Origin: Amoebophrya sp. A120
Lineage: Eukaryota > Protista > Dinoflagellata
Assembly (NCBI GenBank): GCA_905178155.1
Contig: CAJINV010000004.1
Span: 2,440,228 to 2,504,227 of the forward strand
Reading direction: 5' to 3'
Length of the DNA: 64,000 nucleotides
Made by a program: the position numbers and the translations under genes. Below the pieces are notes generated by a model, which saw only the letters and a list, made by a program, of their open reading frames with translations, ran no database searches and was not told where the DNA came from. Of this stretch, positions 35,001-46,391 are shown piece after piece. Every line of letters starts with the position of its first letter. Position 1 is the stretch's first letter.

Positions 35001-38000
35001 TACCAGCGATAAAATTTAAATTTGTATTTGGCGTGCGTACCTGCTGTGTACCTTCGTCTGCTTGTTTTTACAGTGTGTCAAATGATACTAGCTCTAGCAC
35101 GACAAGTTTATTCCAGACCCCGACATCATATTTGCCATGCATATTATCCTTACGTGTACGACGGCGTGGCGGCGGCGGCGCTGGGCTACGAAGCGCAGTT
35201 ATTGAACCACACGACGAGTACCTACGCGGTCGGGGTCGCGGCCGGGGTCAATTTCCACGGGTTGTCGGGCCCGGTCGCGCAGCAGAGCCCGTCCGGCATT
35301 CGCAACTGGGGCCTCCGCCCGGCGCGGCGGTACAACCTGCTGCAGATTCAGAACGACGGGGTCTTAACCCAGCTGACCAACTTCACGTATGACAATGCAC
35401 AACTCCCCCTCCCCCTCATTTGTCATGGAAAATACCAAATCCAGCCCTTTCCCTGAAGCACTGCTTGCGTGACAGATTCCGCAAGCTGAAACAGCACTAG
35501 AATCGGTCCCGAATTTTTTGTCATGCAAAAGCTGCATTTATGCCAGCACTTGTGTTGCTGTTTATGAGCTTCAAATGAGGGGGAGGGGGGGTTGTGCACT
35601 CTCATATCACGGACGCGGCGTCCATGAGCGCCGACACGTGGAACACGAAAATCCAGTGGGCGACGAGCTCGGGCACCACCCCGAAGGGGCACCAGCAGGG
35701 GTATCCGAAGCAAAAACGTCCACACCCCATAGTCAAGTTGGTAAATCTACAATACAAATCTCCACGCTTTCGCAGTTGTGCATGACAAGTTTCCATCTAC
35801 AGTGTAGTGGTGGCTAGCAAGGGAAGCTGCATGAAGATGCCATTTTCTCATCCTGTTTACAGTATTACAAATGGCAAAACACGATTGGAAATGCCTCTCA
35901 TGGAGTTGCGTATTAATACAAATGTTCCTGTTATTGCACATTTGCATGACAACTCTGGGCGGGTGGGGACGTTTTTACGCAGGATAAGGGGGCCTGTTTC
36001 ATCAAGCAGATCCAGTGCAACGAGGGGTACTGCGTGAACGAGGGCGCGGGCGTGGGGTTTAAAGGCGGATGGTGCGAATGCAACCCGGGGTACGCGGGAC
36101 CCACCTGCGACGTGAAGTCCTCCGTGCCCCTGACCCGCGGCGCGGGGGGCGGCCCCGAGGGCCGCGTGGCCTACGCGGACGTGTTCTGGAAGAGGCTGGG
36201 GCCCTTCGACGAGGTTTCGTTCTCAGCGGAGCTGATCGTCACGCAAATCTACCTGGACGAGCGCATATGAACTGCAAAAGTATCGTACTCGTTGTATAAA
36301 TGCATTACAAATTTCCTCAGCATAAGAAATTAAATTTGTCATGCTGATATACCTTAAGAAAAATATTTGTAATGCAAGACTTGCAGCTGCATTTATGCGT
36401 ACTTTTGCACAGGATAGCGCACCCGCATCAACGACGGGCACTACCCGGGCACGGAGGTGGAAACGCTGCTGGGGAGCACCGCGGGCCCAAACCTCTTCCT
36501 GCCCTTGGTGAAAACCGCCGTGACCACCTGCAAGGGCGGCGTGGCGAAGCAATTCACGACGGGCACCCGGGCCGAGGTGAAGTACCCGCTGATATACGCC
36601 CGGACTGTGTATCTGTTATGCAATGCAAAAGTTTCGTACTAGTATGAATTGCATGACAAATTTTTCGTAGAACAAAAATTAAATTTGTCATGCAGATTCA
36701 GGTCAGAAAGCAGATCTGTCATCTTGCTAGACTCGCATTTGTACGAGTACGATACTTTTGCAATGCATATCTGTTCGAGCGGTGCCAAACCGACCCCAGC
36801 TGGGACTACTACCCCTTCGACAAGCAGAAGCTGTTCGTGGACATCACACCGGTCTACGACGCGAAACTGAGCTGGCTCTTCGACTTCGAGGAGTTCTGGA
36901 CCCAGATCTCTACCAATCAGCACGTGCTGAAAATCGAAACCTCCTCCGGATCCACGACCGCCTTACTCGTGACCAACTCCACTACGGCCACCACCAGCAC
37001 CACCGTGGCCGGCACGACTTCGAAGGCAGCAGCAGCAGGCGGCGATGACGTGAACAAGTTTCTGGACCACAATATCAAAAGGAAAAATCCCCCCTCCCCA
37101 TATCGAAATGGAAATATGTGATGCAAGATTTGCGTACACAAATCGGATTTGTCTTGCAGTAAGGCATCGCAGACAGATCCTCGGCCTAGGTAGGGGCGTA
37201 TGGGTCTAGTTGCTTACTTAGCAATGCAAACGGGTGTCCCCTAGGCGCAACAGCATGCCAAATCGCTTCCATAATGGTGCGGAAGCCTCTGCGCTTGTCT
37301 TCTTGCAAGACAGACGTGATTTGTGACCTCAAATCAGCAACACAGATTTTCGGAAACATACCTTTTCGATATGGGGAGGGGGGATTTTTCCTCAGAATAC
37401 ACAAGCAGGTCATGTTGAACGCGCTCGCCCGGGACAGGCCGGGCGTTTTCGAGTATATGACAGTGCACAACTCCCCCTCCCCCTCATTTGTATGGCATGA
37501 ACAGCAATACAAACATTAGCGCACATGGAGCCTATGCATGACAAATCTATCAACTTAATGTAGTACCGTTTAAGCTTCCAGAATTTGTCATGCAAACAGT
37601 GCTACAAGGCAGCAGCTGGATTTGGGATTTTGCATGACAAATGAGGAGGAGGGGGAGTTACTTATGCACTTTCATAGAGTACCCCGGGGTGCCAGAAACC
37701 GTGGACGGCACCATATCAAATGTAAAAATGTCTGGGTCTGGAAGAATGCAACTTGTGATGCTGCGTTTGGATTCCAAAAAAATCTGTATTGCATGAGTAC
37801 CAAAGGGAATGCAATTTTTGCTACGCTGAGAAGGCATTTGTCATGCGGAATAGGCATCAAGAAGCGTTCAAAAAATCTGTATTGCGAGGGTATGGATCAC
37901 AGACATCATGGCTCATGCAAAACGTGCATGACAAGTGTCAGAATCTTCCAGACCCAGACACTTTTACAGTTGATACACCACGGTCGCGGACGACTGGAAC

Positions 38001-40098
38001 CCCTCGTGGCCCTGCCAGGGCGCGACCCTGCAGTACGACGTGACAACGTCGCGCGCGGCGCTGACGCTGGAAGTGGAGCGCGACGCCAACCTGTGGCGCG
38101 TGCGGATCGCCATCCCGGCGATCTTGCTCGGCACCTTCGCCTTCTCCACCTTTATCGTGCCGCCGGACAAGCTGGTGCCGAGGTTCATGATATCAAGTGC
38201 AAATGTGTCATGGTCTGGAAGGTTGGAACTTGTGATGCTAACTTCGGACTCGAAAAAAATCTGTATTGCATGATCAGCAACAGGAGTCTAGATTGTGCAA
38301 CGCGGGGAGGGCATTCGTCATGCGGCAGAGGCATCAGGAAGCCCTCTAAAAATCTGTGATGCTAGGTCCTGCATTACAAACGAAACATCCTGGGTCATGC
38401 AAAATACGCATGACAAACCCGGCAACATTCCAGACCCAGAAACTTTTGCATTTGATACATGAGCGGGTACCTGGCCTTCCTCGCGCTGCAGAGCTTCCGC
38501 ACGTCCGCCACCAACCAGGCGCCGGACAGTCTGATCAGTCTGGGCTACCTGGACGTGCTGCTGCTGTACCTGACGCTCTCCATGTCGGGGTGTGTCATTG
38601 CGGTCATGGCGGGCGAAATCGTCTTCCAAAAACTCGGGCCCACCGTGGTCCGGGAATGCGACGCACTGTCGAAGAGGTATCTATAATACTTAACAGAGTT
38701 ATATTTTCTTGGATTCATGTTCATCGATGATGTAAAATGTTTTTCTTCACATCAAAAACGCCGAATCAATCCTGCTGTGCCGGTATCAAAAATACAGAAC
38801 CGTGCCGACGTGTTACTTTCTCACGCTGCTGATCGCGATGGTGGGCGCGGGAGAGGACAACCCGTTAGACATGACGGTCGATTCCTTTTTCGCCATCGCC
38901 ATGACCTCCGCCATCCTGCCCGGCCTGTTCTACGTGACCTGGCTCACCATCCTGGTCCGGAACTGCGACCACTTTTACCTCTACAACTGCATCAAGGTGG
39001 CCCAGGACGACCCCGCGGCCCCCTGTGTGTTGAAGGATCTGGAGTTGCAGGCCATGTTCCGCTGGATCAGTATCGAGTACCAGAAGCAGCACCCCCACCA
39101 GGCCGTCCTGGCTGCCGATCAAGTATCACATGCAAAAATGTCTGGGTCTGGAAGAATGCAGCTTGTGATGCTGCATTTGAATGTCTAAAAGATTTGTGTT
39201 GCATGAGCAGCGAAAGGAATCCAATTTTTGCTACGCGGAGAGGGCATTTGTGATGCGGAATAGGCCTCAAAAGACCTGGGATGCTAGGGCATGCATCACA
39301 GACATCATGGCTAATGCAAAACGTGCATGACAAGTCTCAGAATCTTCCAGACCCAGACACTTTTGCATTTGATATCAAGAGGAAAGTGACGACCACGAGA
39401 TTCCGGTGGACGTCGTGGCGAAGTACCTGCTTGACGCGATCAAGGGGGATCTGGACCTAGAGCGGTGCATTTTCTTCACCAAAATTCTGTACGACGAGTG
39501 CGACAGCAGCGGGGACGGGAAAATCGACGTGACGGAATGGAAGCAGCACTTTCCCAAGGTGATCCAGGCGGTCGCCCGGGGCAAGTCCGCCTTACTCGTG
39601 CGTTCCCGGCTCTACTTGTTCCATTTCTACGTGCAGCGGATGTTTAACTCGAAGTTTCAGCCGAAGCAGCTCGTGTTGCCCCACCCCACGCTGCATGCTG
39701 ACAACAGCAATAATTTGATCAATAATTTATTGAACCTAGGTGGTGGGCAGGCCGCGCAGAGCAGTTCCTCCCCCGTGTCGGCCTCCTCGCAAAACAAACC
39801 CTTTCCCCCAGCAGCCGCGGACGTGGACCACGCAGACTTCAGCAAGGAAACCACGGAGCAAATGGAGCCCGTCGGCCACCGGAAGTCTGCGAGCCTCTTT
39901 GCGCAGAAGTACAAAGACCACGAAGACCCCCTGGCACTGGCCCGCGACCAGCTGCGCCGCCGGAACAGCGCACGCTTGTCTGCTACTTCATCCGGAGGTG
40001 ACAAGGGCAAGCGCGCCGGGGAAGGCAGTGCGATGGTGGTGAATGTTGCGGACGTGCAGTATGAGGAGAAGTTTGTTTCTGATGATGAGGACGCGTAG
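32034..40098 (+). CDS. ~1272-aa receptor-channel: signal peptide, ANF/Venus-flytrap domain, EGF-like domain, Cys-less (Pro-loop) pentameric ligand-gated ion channel ECD + M1-M4, fifth TM, EF-hand
   Basis: 15 exons: 32034-32537, 32850-33431, 34503-34549, 34805-34842, 35149-35387, 35612-35701, 35992-36265, 36422-36616, 36775-37072, 37405-37455, 37682-37713, 37981-38190, 38463-38676, 38798-39123, 39380-40098 (3819 nt; 13 introners + GT-AG intron 38677-38797). Motifs: NFYSLYPNDAMLA..FGFKFVAVI, PYVYDGVAAAALG, VNFHGLSGPV; WCECNPGYAGPTC; YLDER, YYPFDKQKL, LEVERDANLWRVRIAIPAILLGTFAFSTFIVPPDKLVPR, LGYLDVLL, CDALSKRTVP; DSSGDGKIDVTE. Confidence 0.85.
32538..32844. mobile_element. Introner-like element, family E (307 bp)
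   Basis: TTTGGAAGCGTCAG...CTGACACTTCCATA; TSD ACAGT perfect. Confidence 0.9.
33432..34497. mobile_element. Introner-like element, family A, with nested 776-bp insertion
   Basis: TATGCACTGC...ACATTTGATA; TSD ACGGC perfect. Confidence 0.88.
33661..34436. mobile_element. 776-bp non-coding insertion with a 12-bp direct repeat
   Basis: TCCAAAGTTAGC at 33649-33660 and 34437-34448; no TIR seen; three GGGCCGCACCC motifs inside. Confidence 0.7.
34550..34799. mobile_element. Introner-like element, family D (250 bp)
   Basis: TATGGCCGCGTTCTCAA...TTGAGAGCGCCATA; TSD GTGGA perfect. Confidence 0.9.
34843..35143. mobile_element. Introner-like element, family A, degenerate (301 bp)
   Basis: TATGCATTGCAAATA / TATTTGCCATGCATA; TSD TCTTC/TTATC. 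Confidence 0.8.
35388..35606. mobile_element. Introner-like element, family F (219 bp)
   Basis: TATGACAATGCACAACTCCCCCTCCCCCTCATTTG TIR; TSD TCACG perfect. Confidence 0.92.
35702..35986. mobile_element. Introner-like element, family G (285 bp)
   Basis: TATCCGAAGCAAAAACGTCC TIR; TSD AGGGG perfect. Confidence 0.9.
36266..36416. mobile_element. Introner-like element, family B (151 bp)
   Basis: TSD GCGCA perfect; family B TIR. Confidence 0.92.
36617..36769. mobile_element. Introner-like element, family B (153 bp)
   Basis: TSD TCTGT perfect; family B TIR. Confidence 0.92.
37073..37399. mobile_element. Introner-like element, family H (327 bp)
   Basis: GGAAAAATCCCCCTCCCCATATCGAAA TIR; TSD CACAA perfect. 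Confidence 0.92.
37456..37676. mobile_element. Introner-like element, family F (221 bp)
   Basis: TSD GAGTA perfect; family F TIR. Confidence 0.92.
37714..37975. mobile_element. Introner-like element, family A (262 bp)
   Basis: TSD CACCA perfect; family A TIR. Confidence 0.92.
38191..38457. mobile_element. Introner-like element, family A (267 bp)
   Basis: TSD CATGA perfect; family A TIR. Confidence 0.92.
39124..39374. mobile_element. Introner-like element, family A (251 bp)
   Basis: TSD TCAAG perfect; family A TIR. Confidence 0.92.
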
Positions 40099-42214
40099 GA
40101 GTTGTTGCCCGATTCTTCTTATCGACAGGAAACGAATCCGCCCTCCTGCGGATGAAACTTTAATAAGAACCAGAACCCAAGAACAGCAGAAGGAATGTAT
40201 TTCAATGCTGTATGACCTTGCCTCCCCCTCCCCCATAATTTTGATTTTCACGCTTATGGTTTTCAATTTATCATATGGACAACAAAAATTGCTCTCATAT
40301 CTATCATACATAAGTTTTGTCTCTGACGTGGAGGACCTTGTACGCTTTCTATCAAAATGTTACCAGCATGTTTTTTACGGTGAAAAATCAACTCAAGTTT
40401 TTTTACCGAGTCAAATCGAAATCGTCAGCGTCACATACAAACCAAAACTTTCCTTGCTTCATCACACAGTTTTTGCAGCCTATGCCTACCCTTTGAAGAT
40501 TTGATAAGCACCTCCCTTGATCTAGACCTAGTAGCACTTCTTATGTCGTCTTTTTTCTGTAGCAGTAAACTAATAACTTGACCTGTATGATACTTTTGTT
40601 TTGTTTATGCAGCTTCGCCTTCGGGAATTGCGTTTTGTTCTCTTTTTCTACGGTCGCATTGTGATTCGCTCGTAGTTCCATAGCATGTACTCGCAGCAGG
40701 AGCAAATTTTGGTTGCCCGTCCGAGGCCGAGGACCGGAATTCATCATCCCTCGCGTTGCACAGATGATTTGATCGCTCATGATATAATTGTTACCAAGGA
40801 AACAACACACAACCGATGCGAAGAGAAGATGGCGCCACATTGCCACGTCGACTCGCCTCACAGTTTCAATTTGTAAGAACTCCAACTACATCTACTGTTC
40901 TTCTACATCTACTCTCTAAAACAAGCCATGCTTGCTCAACGTTTGTCTCGCGTCCAAGATTGCCCGCATCATATGCAATTCGGAACCGGTTTCTGTAACG
41001 ATTATAAGAATGTCGTTTTGATGAATGTAGTCACTCGGTAATGTTGATCTGCGCGTCCGCGCCAACCGCAGGCCCTCGCTCAAGCATTTAGAATTAGAGA
41101 CGTGGTTCGGTGGATTTATCATATCAGACGATAGTACGTGAGCAAAACAAGAAATCTATCGGTCTTCGTGCGAGGAACATGAAAATCATAATCAATTGGA
41201 AAACTACGTCGGTTGCAAGTTGCCCCTTCAGTAGTGAAAGCAGCTTTCGAATAAAGTACAATTCTCGTGCACCAGCAAGTCATTGTCATTGCTTCTAGTA
41301 CGGCCCCTGCAACGTCGGCAAGCAGATGACGACATCAACATCGTGCAACAAAGGTAATAAACTGCCTCAATAGCCGTACTTCACAATTATCGTTCTGCAT
41401 TTTCCACCACATATCGTACTACTACGTCGTTGCCATCGCACTTCACGTTTCCGTGAAAGAATTCGGTTGTCGTGCTTCTCCTTCTAGCTTTAGCGCCGAA
41501 CGTACACCATCCATCGGGCACAAATAAAACACTCACCAGCAGTTCTTTCGTAGGCCTCATTTTCCCCCATATGACTGTCTTGTGGTCGTCACAAGCATTT
41601 TTGCATATATTAAGACATGAGCATGTAAGTATTAATTTTCGCGACAATCCTCTTCGTTCGCGATGTAGTAAGTCTTCACTTCATTTTTGTCTGTAGGAAC
41701 TACTTGACTGAGGCTAGAAGCCCTCGTTTTTATTGCCAATCTTTTATGTGCTTTCACAACCTGTTTCAGCTTTGCGCTTTCTGACATACTTATTCTTATT
41801 GTCGACATCTCCGCCGTTTTACTTTTAGGCAACAGGTCCGCGAGGACCAGCTTGTGTAAACAAAATTAGAAGCTCTACTTTCACATCTTTCAACCTTTCC
41901 GTATGTAAAATATCTACATTACTTGGTGTCGTGTGCAGCTGCAGCAAAAAAAATTATCAAAGTAAGTTAGTAGTACCACATGTATTGTATAGACAGGAGG
42001 ACGACAAAGAACCCGAACTAGTACGAGGCGGCACTCGACCTCGAGGACTCGCGTCGTGGGTTCTCGTCCAGAAGGTGGGGCTCCTCTGAGCACACCGCGG
42101 GAAGGTTTATTTTGTTCCCCTTTCCAGCGGCCGGTCGGAACTACGAAAGAAGAATTGTTCTTGTTCAACTGCCAGACTTGTAGTTTTTCCAGTTGTTCCA
42201 GGTGTTGACCTGCT

Positions 42215-45200
42215 ATGCTTTCCAGCCTCACCGGCGGGTCTTCCTCCGCGGCCGCGGCGCAGCGGGAAAATGCGGCCCAGTCAAAGGAAAACGAGAACTA
42301 CGGGGACACCTCCACCTTCTATCCATTGCAAATATGTAGTCTGGGTCGTCTGGACGACAATTGCAACTTGTGATGCAAATTTCAAACAGCACAAAGATCT
42401 GTGATGCACAAACAGCAAGAAATGTTGCGGCCCAAAACTTCGCAACAAAAAAGGGGATCTCGATTTGTTCTGCGGATTAGGCATTGGGATTGGAACATGC
42501 ACATCTCAAAACGTGTGATCATGCTAGGGCTTGCATTCCAGACCTGCTCTAGGGCATCAGCATGCACAACTAGCAGGAAGATGGCAAACGTCTGCACTGA
42601 ACATCCAGACCCATGTATCGATATTTGCAATGTCGATACCACCTCCCCCGAGTCGATTCAAAAATCTTCCGAGTACCGCCAGGCCGGGGACAGCGTGGTG
42701 CTTCGGTATGTGCAGAACCTGCAGGAGTTCTACGAGCTTTTTGAGGAGGTGATGCCGTCGGGGACGCGCGGATCCCACGTGAAGGCGGTCATCTACGCAA
42801 GGCGCAAGTCGGACCACAAAAAGGTGATCATCAAACTGAGGAACAAGAACAGCAGCTTATTACAGTGAAAAATGCCACCACCCCGGAATTTGCAGATGAA
42901 GTTTGTCATGCAAAGTTTCCAAATGAAAGCTTTTTGTGTTGCATAAATTAAAAGGATTGCGAGCGTTTCTGGTGCAGAATCAGGGTGCGCAAGGTACCTT
43001 GTGCATAACAGATCCGGCTGCTGTTGGGCTACTTCGCAACACAAATTTGACCTATTCAGCATGGAAAATTTGTGATGCTGAGATATGCAAGACGGGGAAT
43101 GTTTCTGTTGGAAAAGTTTGCAATACAAAGGCTGCCAAGCTGGGGGTGGGGGCATTTTTCATTGCAATACAGCTTCAAGGACTTGAACGAGATGCGGGAG
43201 TGGATTCTGTCCATGAAGTACCTCTACCTCCTTATCCTACGCAAAAACGTTCCCGCCACCCCATAGCCAGGATGGGAAATCTGCTAGACAAATCTACCAG
43301 CTTTTATTGCTGCGCATGACAAGTTTCCTCGCCTCGTATTTGTAATCCTGTCTAGCTAGCCCTAGCTCCAGCAGCACTACAGACCTAGCTCACCATGCCG
43401 ATTCGAGCATCACAAATTATTCCAAAACGCAATGACTAGAAGTAGAAAATGCTTGATGTTCTCATGGGGCTCCGCATGAGAAACATGTTTACCGTGCACA
43501 TTTGCATGACAGCTATGGGGAGGTGGGGACGCTTTTACATAGGACACTCCTCTCCGGGGGCACGAAGCAGGAAGAAAGAGAAACCCAGTACGCGAAGGGG
43601 CAACTGCAGCAGATCGCCAACATGGTAGACATACTCGAGGACGCCAACAACTACTACGCCTGCATGGAACACGTGGAGGGGCGTATCCTGAGTAAAAACG
43701 TTCCCACACCAGAGTCAGGATGGGGATTTTGCAACACAAACCTAGGAGGTTTGTGAGTCACGCATGACAAGTTGCGCTCTGCAGTGTAGTGCAGGTTAGC
43801 AAGTGCAGCCGCATCACAGATTCATCTGCTCATCCTGTTCACAGCATCACAAATTTCAAAACACGACTGAAAATGGCTCTCATGGGGATGCGCATTACAA
43901 GTCTTCCTGTCTTTGCAAATCTGCATTACAACTCTGGCGTGGGTACGTTTTTACTCAGGATAGGGCGCGACCTATTCGACTTTTTTCTGCAGGAGAAAAT
44001 CTACGCCCGGTCCTACCGGCTGCATATCCACTGCAAATATGTCTGGGTCTGGAAACTTGTAATGCAAGTCAGTGAATACTAAGCACTCTGTAATGCACCG
44101 CCAAGCATGACAGGTTTTTTCGTCGCGTTGTGTTGCGTACTCTCCGCATGAGAAACCGCGTTTCTGCATAACAGGCAGAGGGAACTGCTCGTGGCCACGC
44201 AGCACAGAGTCCAGAGTCATGCCAGACAAGCATGACAAATCTCGCAGTCTTCCTGACCCAGACATATTTGCAATGCATACTGCAGTTCGTGCAGCAATTG
44301 TGCAAGTCGCTACTGATTGCGCTCGATGAATTCCTATGAAATGCAAAAGCATCGTGCTAGTATAAATTGCAATACAAATCGGCTCAGCATTACAAATTGA
44401 ATTTGTAATGCGGATTTGCCTTAGGAACTGGATTTGTAATGCATAAGTGCAACTAGTACGAGTGCGATACTTTTGCAGAGGATAAATCCAGCAGAAGGGC
44501 CTGGTGCATAAGGACCTAAAACTCGAGAACATCGTCTTCGATGAAACCAAGCAGCGGCAGACCGGGGAATCCCTCGTCTGCGTTCCCAAATTCATAGACT
44601 TCGACACCGTATTTATTAAGGGTTTTTCTTTTTGTTTCTATGTATTGCACTACCATCAAACAAGAGCAGCTATTAGTGCCAGCAGAGTTTTTATGGGGCA
44701 GCTTTTATGATCTTTACGATTTATGTGTAGAAGAAGTGGACAGCCTCAGCCCGTCGCCACTCCGGAGTCGTTCCAAAGATCGGTGGTTGCGGGCTCTCTG
44801 TTCTTGAAATTGTTTTTCATCCAAAGAACATAAGCTTGATACGACCTACTTAATACTGCGCGGCCGCAGGAGGAGACCGTGATCTGGTAGTTTCTTAGGT
44901 AAAAATTCAGCATGATGACAAGAAATTGAAACTCTACCTGTCAGTGTCACGCTAAGGAAAGTATAAATGCAAGTGATGCAGCTACATCCAACACCACAGA
45001 TCGAGATCTGGGTCCCGGGGCGGAAGCAGTTTCACGTGCTGGGCACCGATCAGTACATCGCCCCGGAAACATACGCCGGCTACCCCTGCCCCGCATCGGA
45101 TATGTGGGCCATGGGGGTAATCTGTTACACGATGCTCACGGGCTGTTTTCCATTTCACCAGGGCCTGTTTAACGACCGACCCGGCGAGAACTTCGTAGAC

Positions 45201-46063
45201 CATGTGGCAATGCAGCAAATCCGCAGGAGGATGCGAATCGCTCGAATAGACTGGTATAAAATAACAGTTGCACTTTAGGGAAATAAATGTATGAGTCCCG
45301 TGCTTTTCTTGCTAAAAGGGAGAAGACAAGAGCTACCACAACTCGAAAATTATGAAGTGACCTTCTAGTTGTACAACGGCATGATTTTGATTCAATTTCA
45401 CGTACTACAAGCAATATCTGCACATGATCGCGCAAGAGGACTCTTGATGTACTACTACTGGCAGCAAGCAGCGTGATCTGCTCAAAAATCTCTGTACAAC
45501 TACAACTTCTAAACTGCATTCTCAGGTCAAACCGGGCCTGGGTGTTGGATTCGCGGGCACGGGACTTCGTTCGGCGGTGTTTCATTTGCGATGCGACGCG
45601 ACGACTCTCCTTAGAGGAAGCGCAAAACCATCTATCACAGGAAAAAAATATCGATCTGGGGTTCTTGGAATGAAATTAAATGAATCCATTTCGTGATGTT
45701 GATGAGTGGCGAAAAATCCTGGCGAGGACCGCGCCACAATTTTTTATACGCCTACGGCTCAGGATTTTTTCACCGCAACAAGTTTACTCTGAGTAGTTGC
45801 TTGGTGTTGATGTGTATCTTTATTGTATTCTGCATGTTGAAGTTGAGATGAAGCTGCGTTTCTGCTGCAATTGCATGACAGAAAATTAGGCCCTTTTGCG
45901 TAACAAGACCTCCGTGCATGACAGAGTTCAAAAGAATCGTTGTAGCCCGAGCACAACACACGCCTTCTTGTGTTTATTTTCCAGACCGCAGATCGATGTT
46001 TGCATTGGATACCCTCCGTGGATTCGAGACGATCCGATACCGCAGATCGATAACTCCTCATAA
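42215..46063 (+). CDS. ~380-aa Ser/Thr protein kinase, CAMK-like, with DFD in place of DFG
   Basis: Exons 42215-42319, 42644-42857, 43175-43232, 43552-43683, 43968-44024, 44285-44334, 44490-44608, 45000-45253, 45526-45632, 46017-46063 (1143 nt; 7 introners + 2 GT-AG introns). Motifs VIIK, MEHVEGRDLFD, HKDLKLEN, IDFDT, GTDQYIAPE, SDMWAMGVI, RRLSLEEAQNHPWI. Confidence 0.88.
42320..42638. mobile_element. Introner-like element, family A, degenerate (319 bp)
   Basis: TATCCATTGCAAATA / TATTTGCAATGTCGATA; TSD CCTTC/CCACC. Confidence 0.8.
42858..43169. mobile_element. Introner-like element, family C (312 bp)
   Basis: TSD CAGCT perfect; interior is the reverse-orientation homologue of 16213-16527. 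Confidence 0.92.
43233..43546. mobile_element. Introner-like element, family G (314 bp)
   Basis: TATCCTACGCAAAAACGTTCCC TIR; TSD CTCCT perfect. Confidence 0.9.
43684..43962. mobile_element. Introner-like element, family G (279 bp)
   Basis: TATCCTGAGTAAAAACGT perfect 18-bp TIR; TSD GGGCG perfect. Confidence 0.93.
44025..44279. mobile_element. Introner-like element, family A (255 bp)
   Basis: TSD CTGCA perfect; family A TIR. Confidence 0.92.
44335..44484. mobile_element. Introner-like element, family B (150 bp)
   Basis: TSD ATTCC/AATCC; family B TIR. Confidence 0.9.
45633..46011. mobile_element. Introner-like element, family A-like, degenerate (379 bp)
   Basis: TATC...GATA ends; TSD CCATC/CCCTC; removal restores the kinase NHPWI motif. 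Confidence 0.8.
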
Positions 46064-46068
46064 TGTTG

Positions 46069-46391
46069 TATGAACGCCTCAGGTTTGAAATCCTCAAAGT
46101 GGAAATAGTTTGTAATGCAAAAAACCACGCCAGTTGACTTGAAGCGCCACTTTTAGGCGGCGCATGACAAATTTCCCTGGAACTCAAAGCATGTCTGTCA
46201 TGCTGGTTAACGCAAAAGGGTGCCATTCTCTCGTGCTAAAGCTAATTATCAGCACTCCAATTCTTAACCCGTAGAAGGACAATATTCGGCCTCGTCCCTT
46301 GCGTCCTCTGCAATGCAGTCTTTTTTGCGTCGCATTTCTTGCATCACAAATTTTTTCCACTGTGAGGATTTCCATTTTTGCGGCTTTCATA
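46069..46391. mobile_element. Introner-like element, family E-related (323 bp), in the putative 3' UTR
   Basis: TATGAACGCC...GGCTTTCATA; TSD TGTTG perfect; directly after the TAA stop at 46061-63. Confidence 0.85.
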
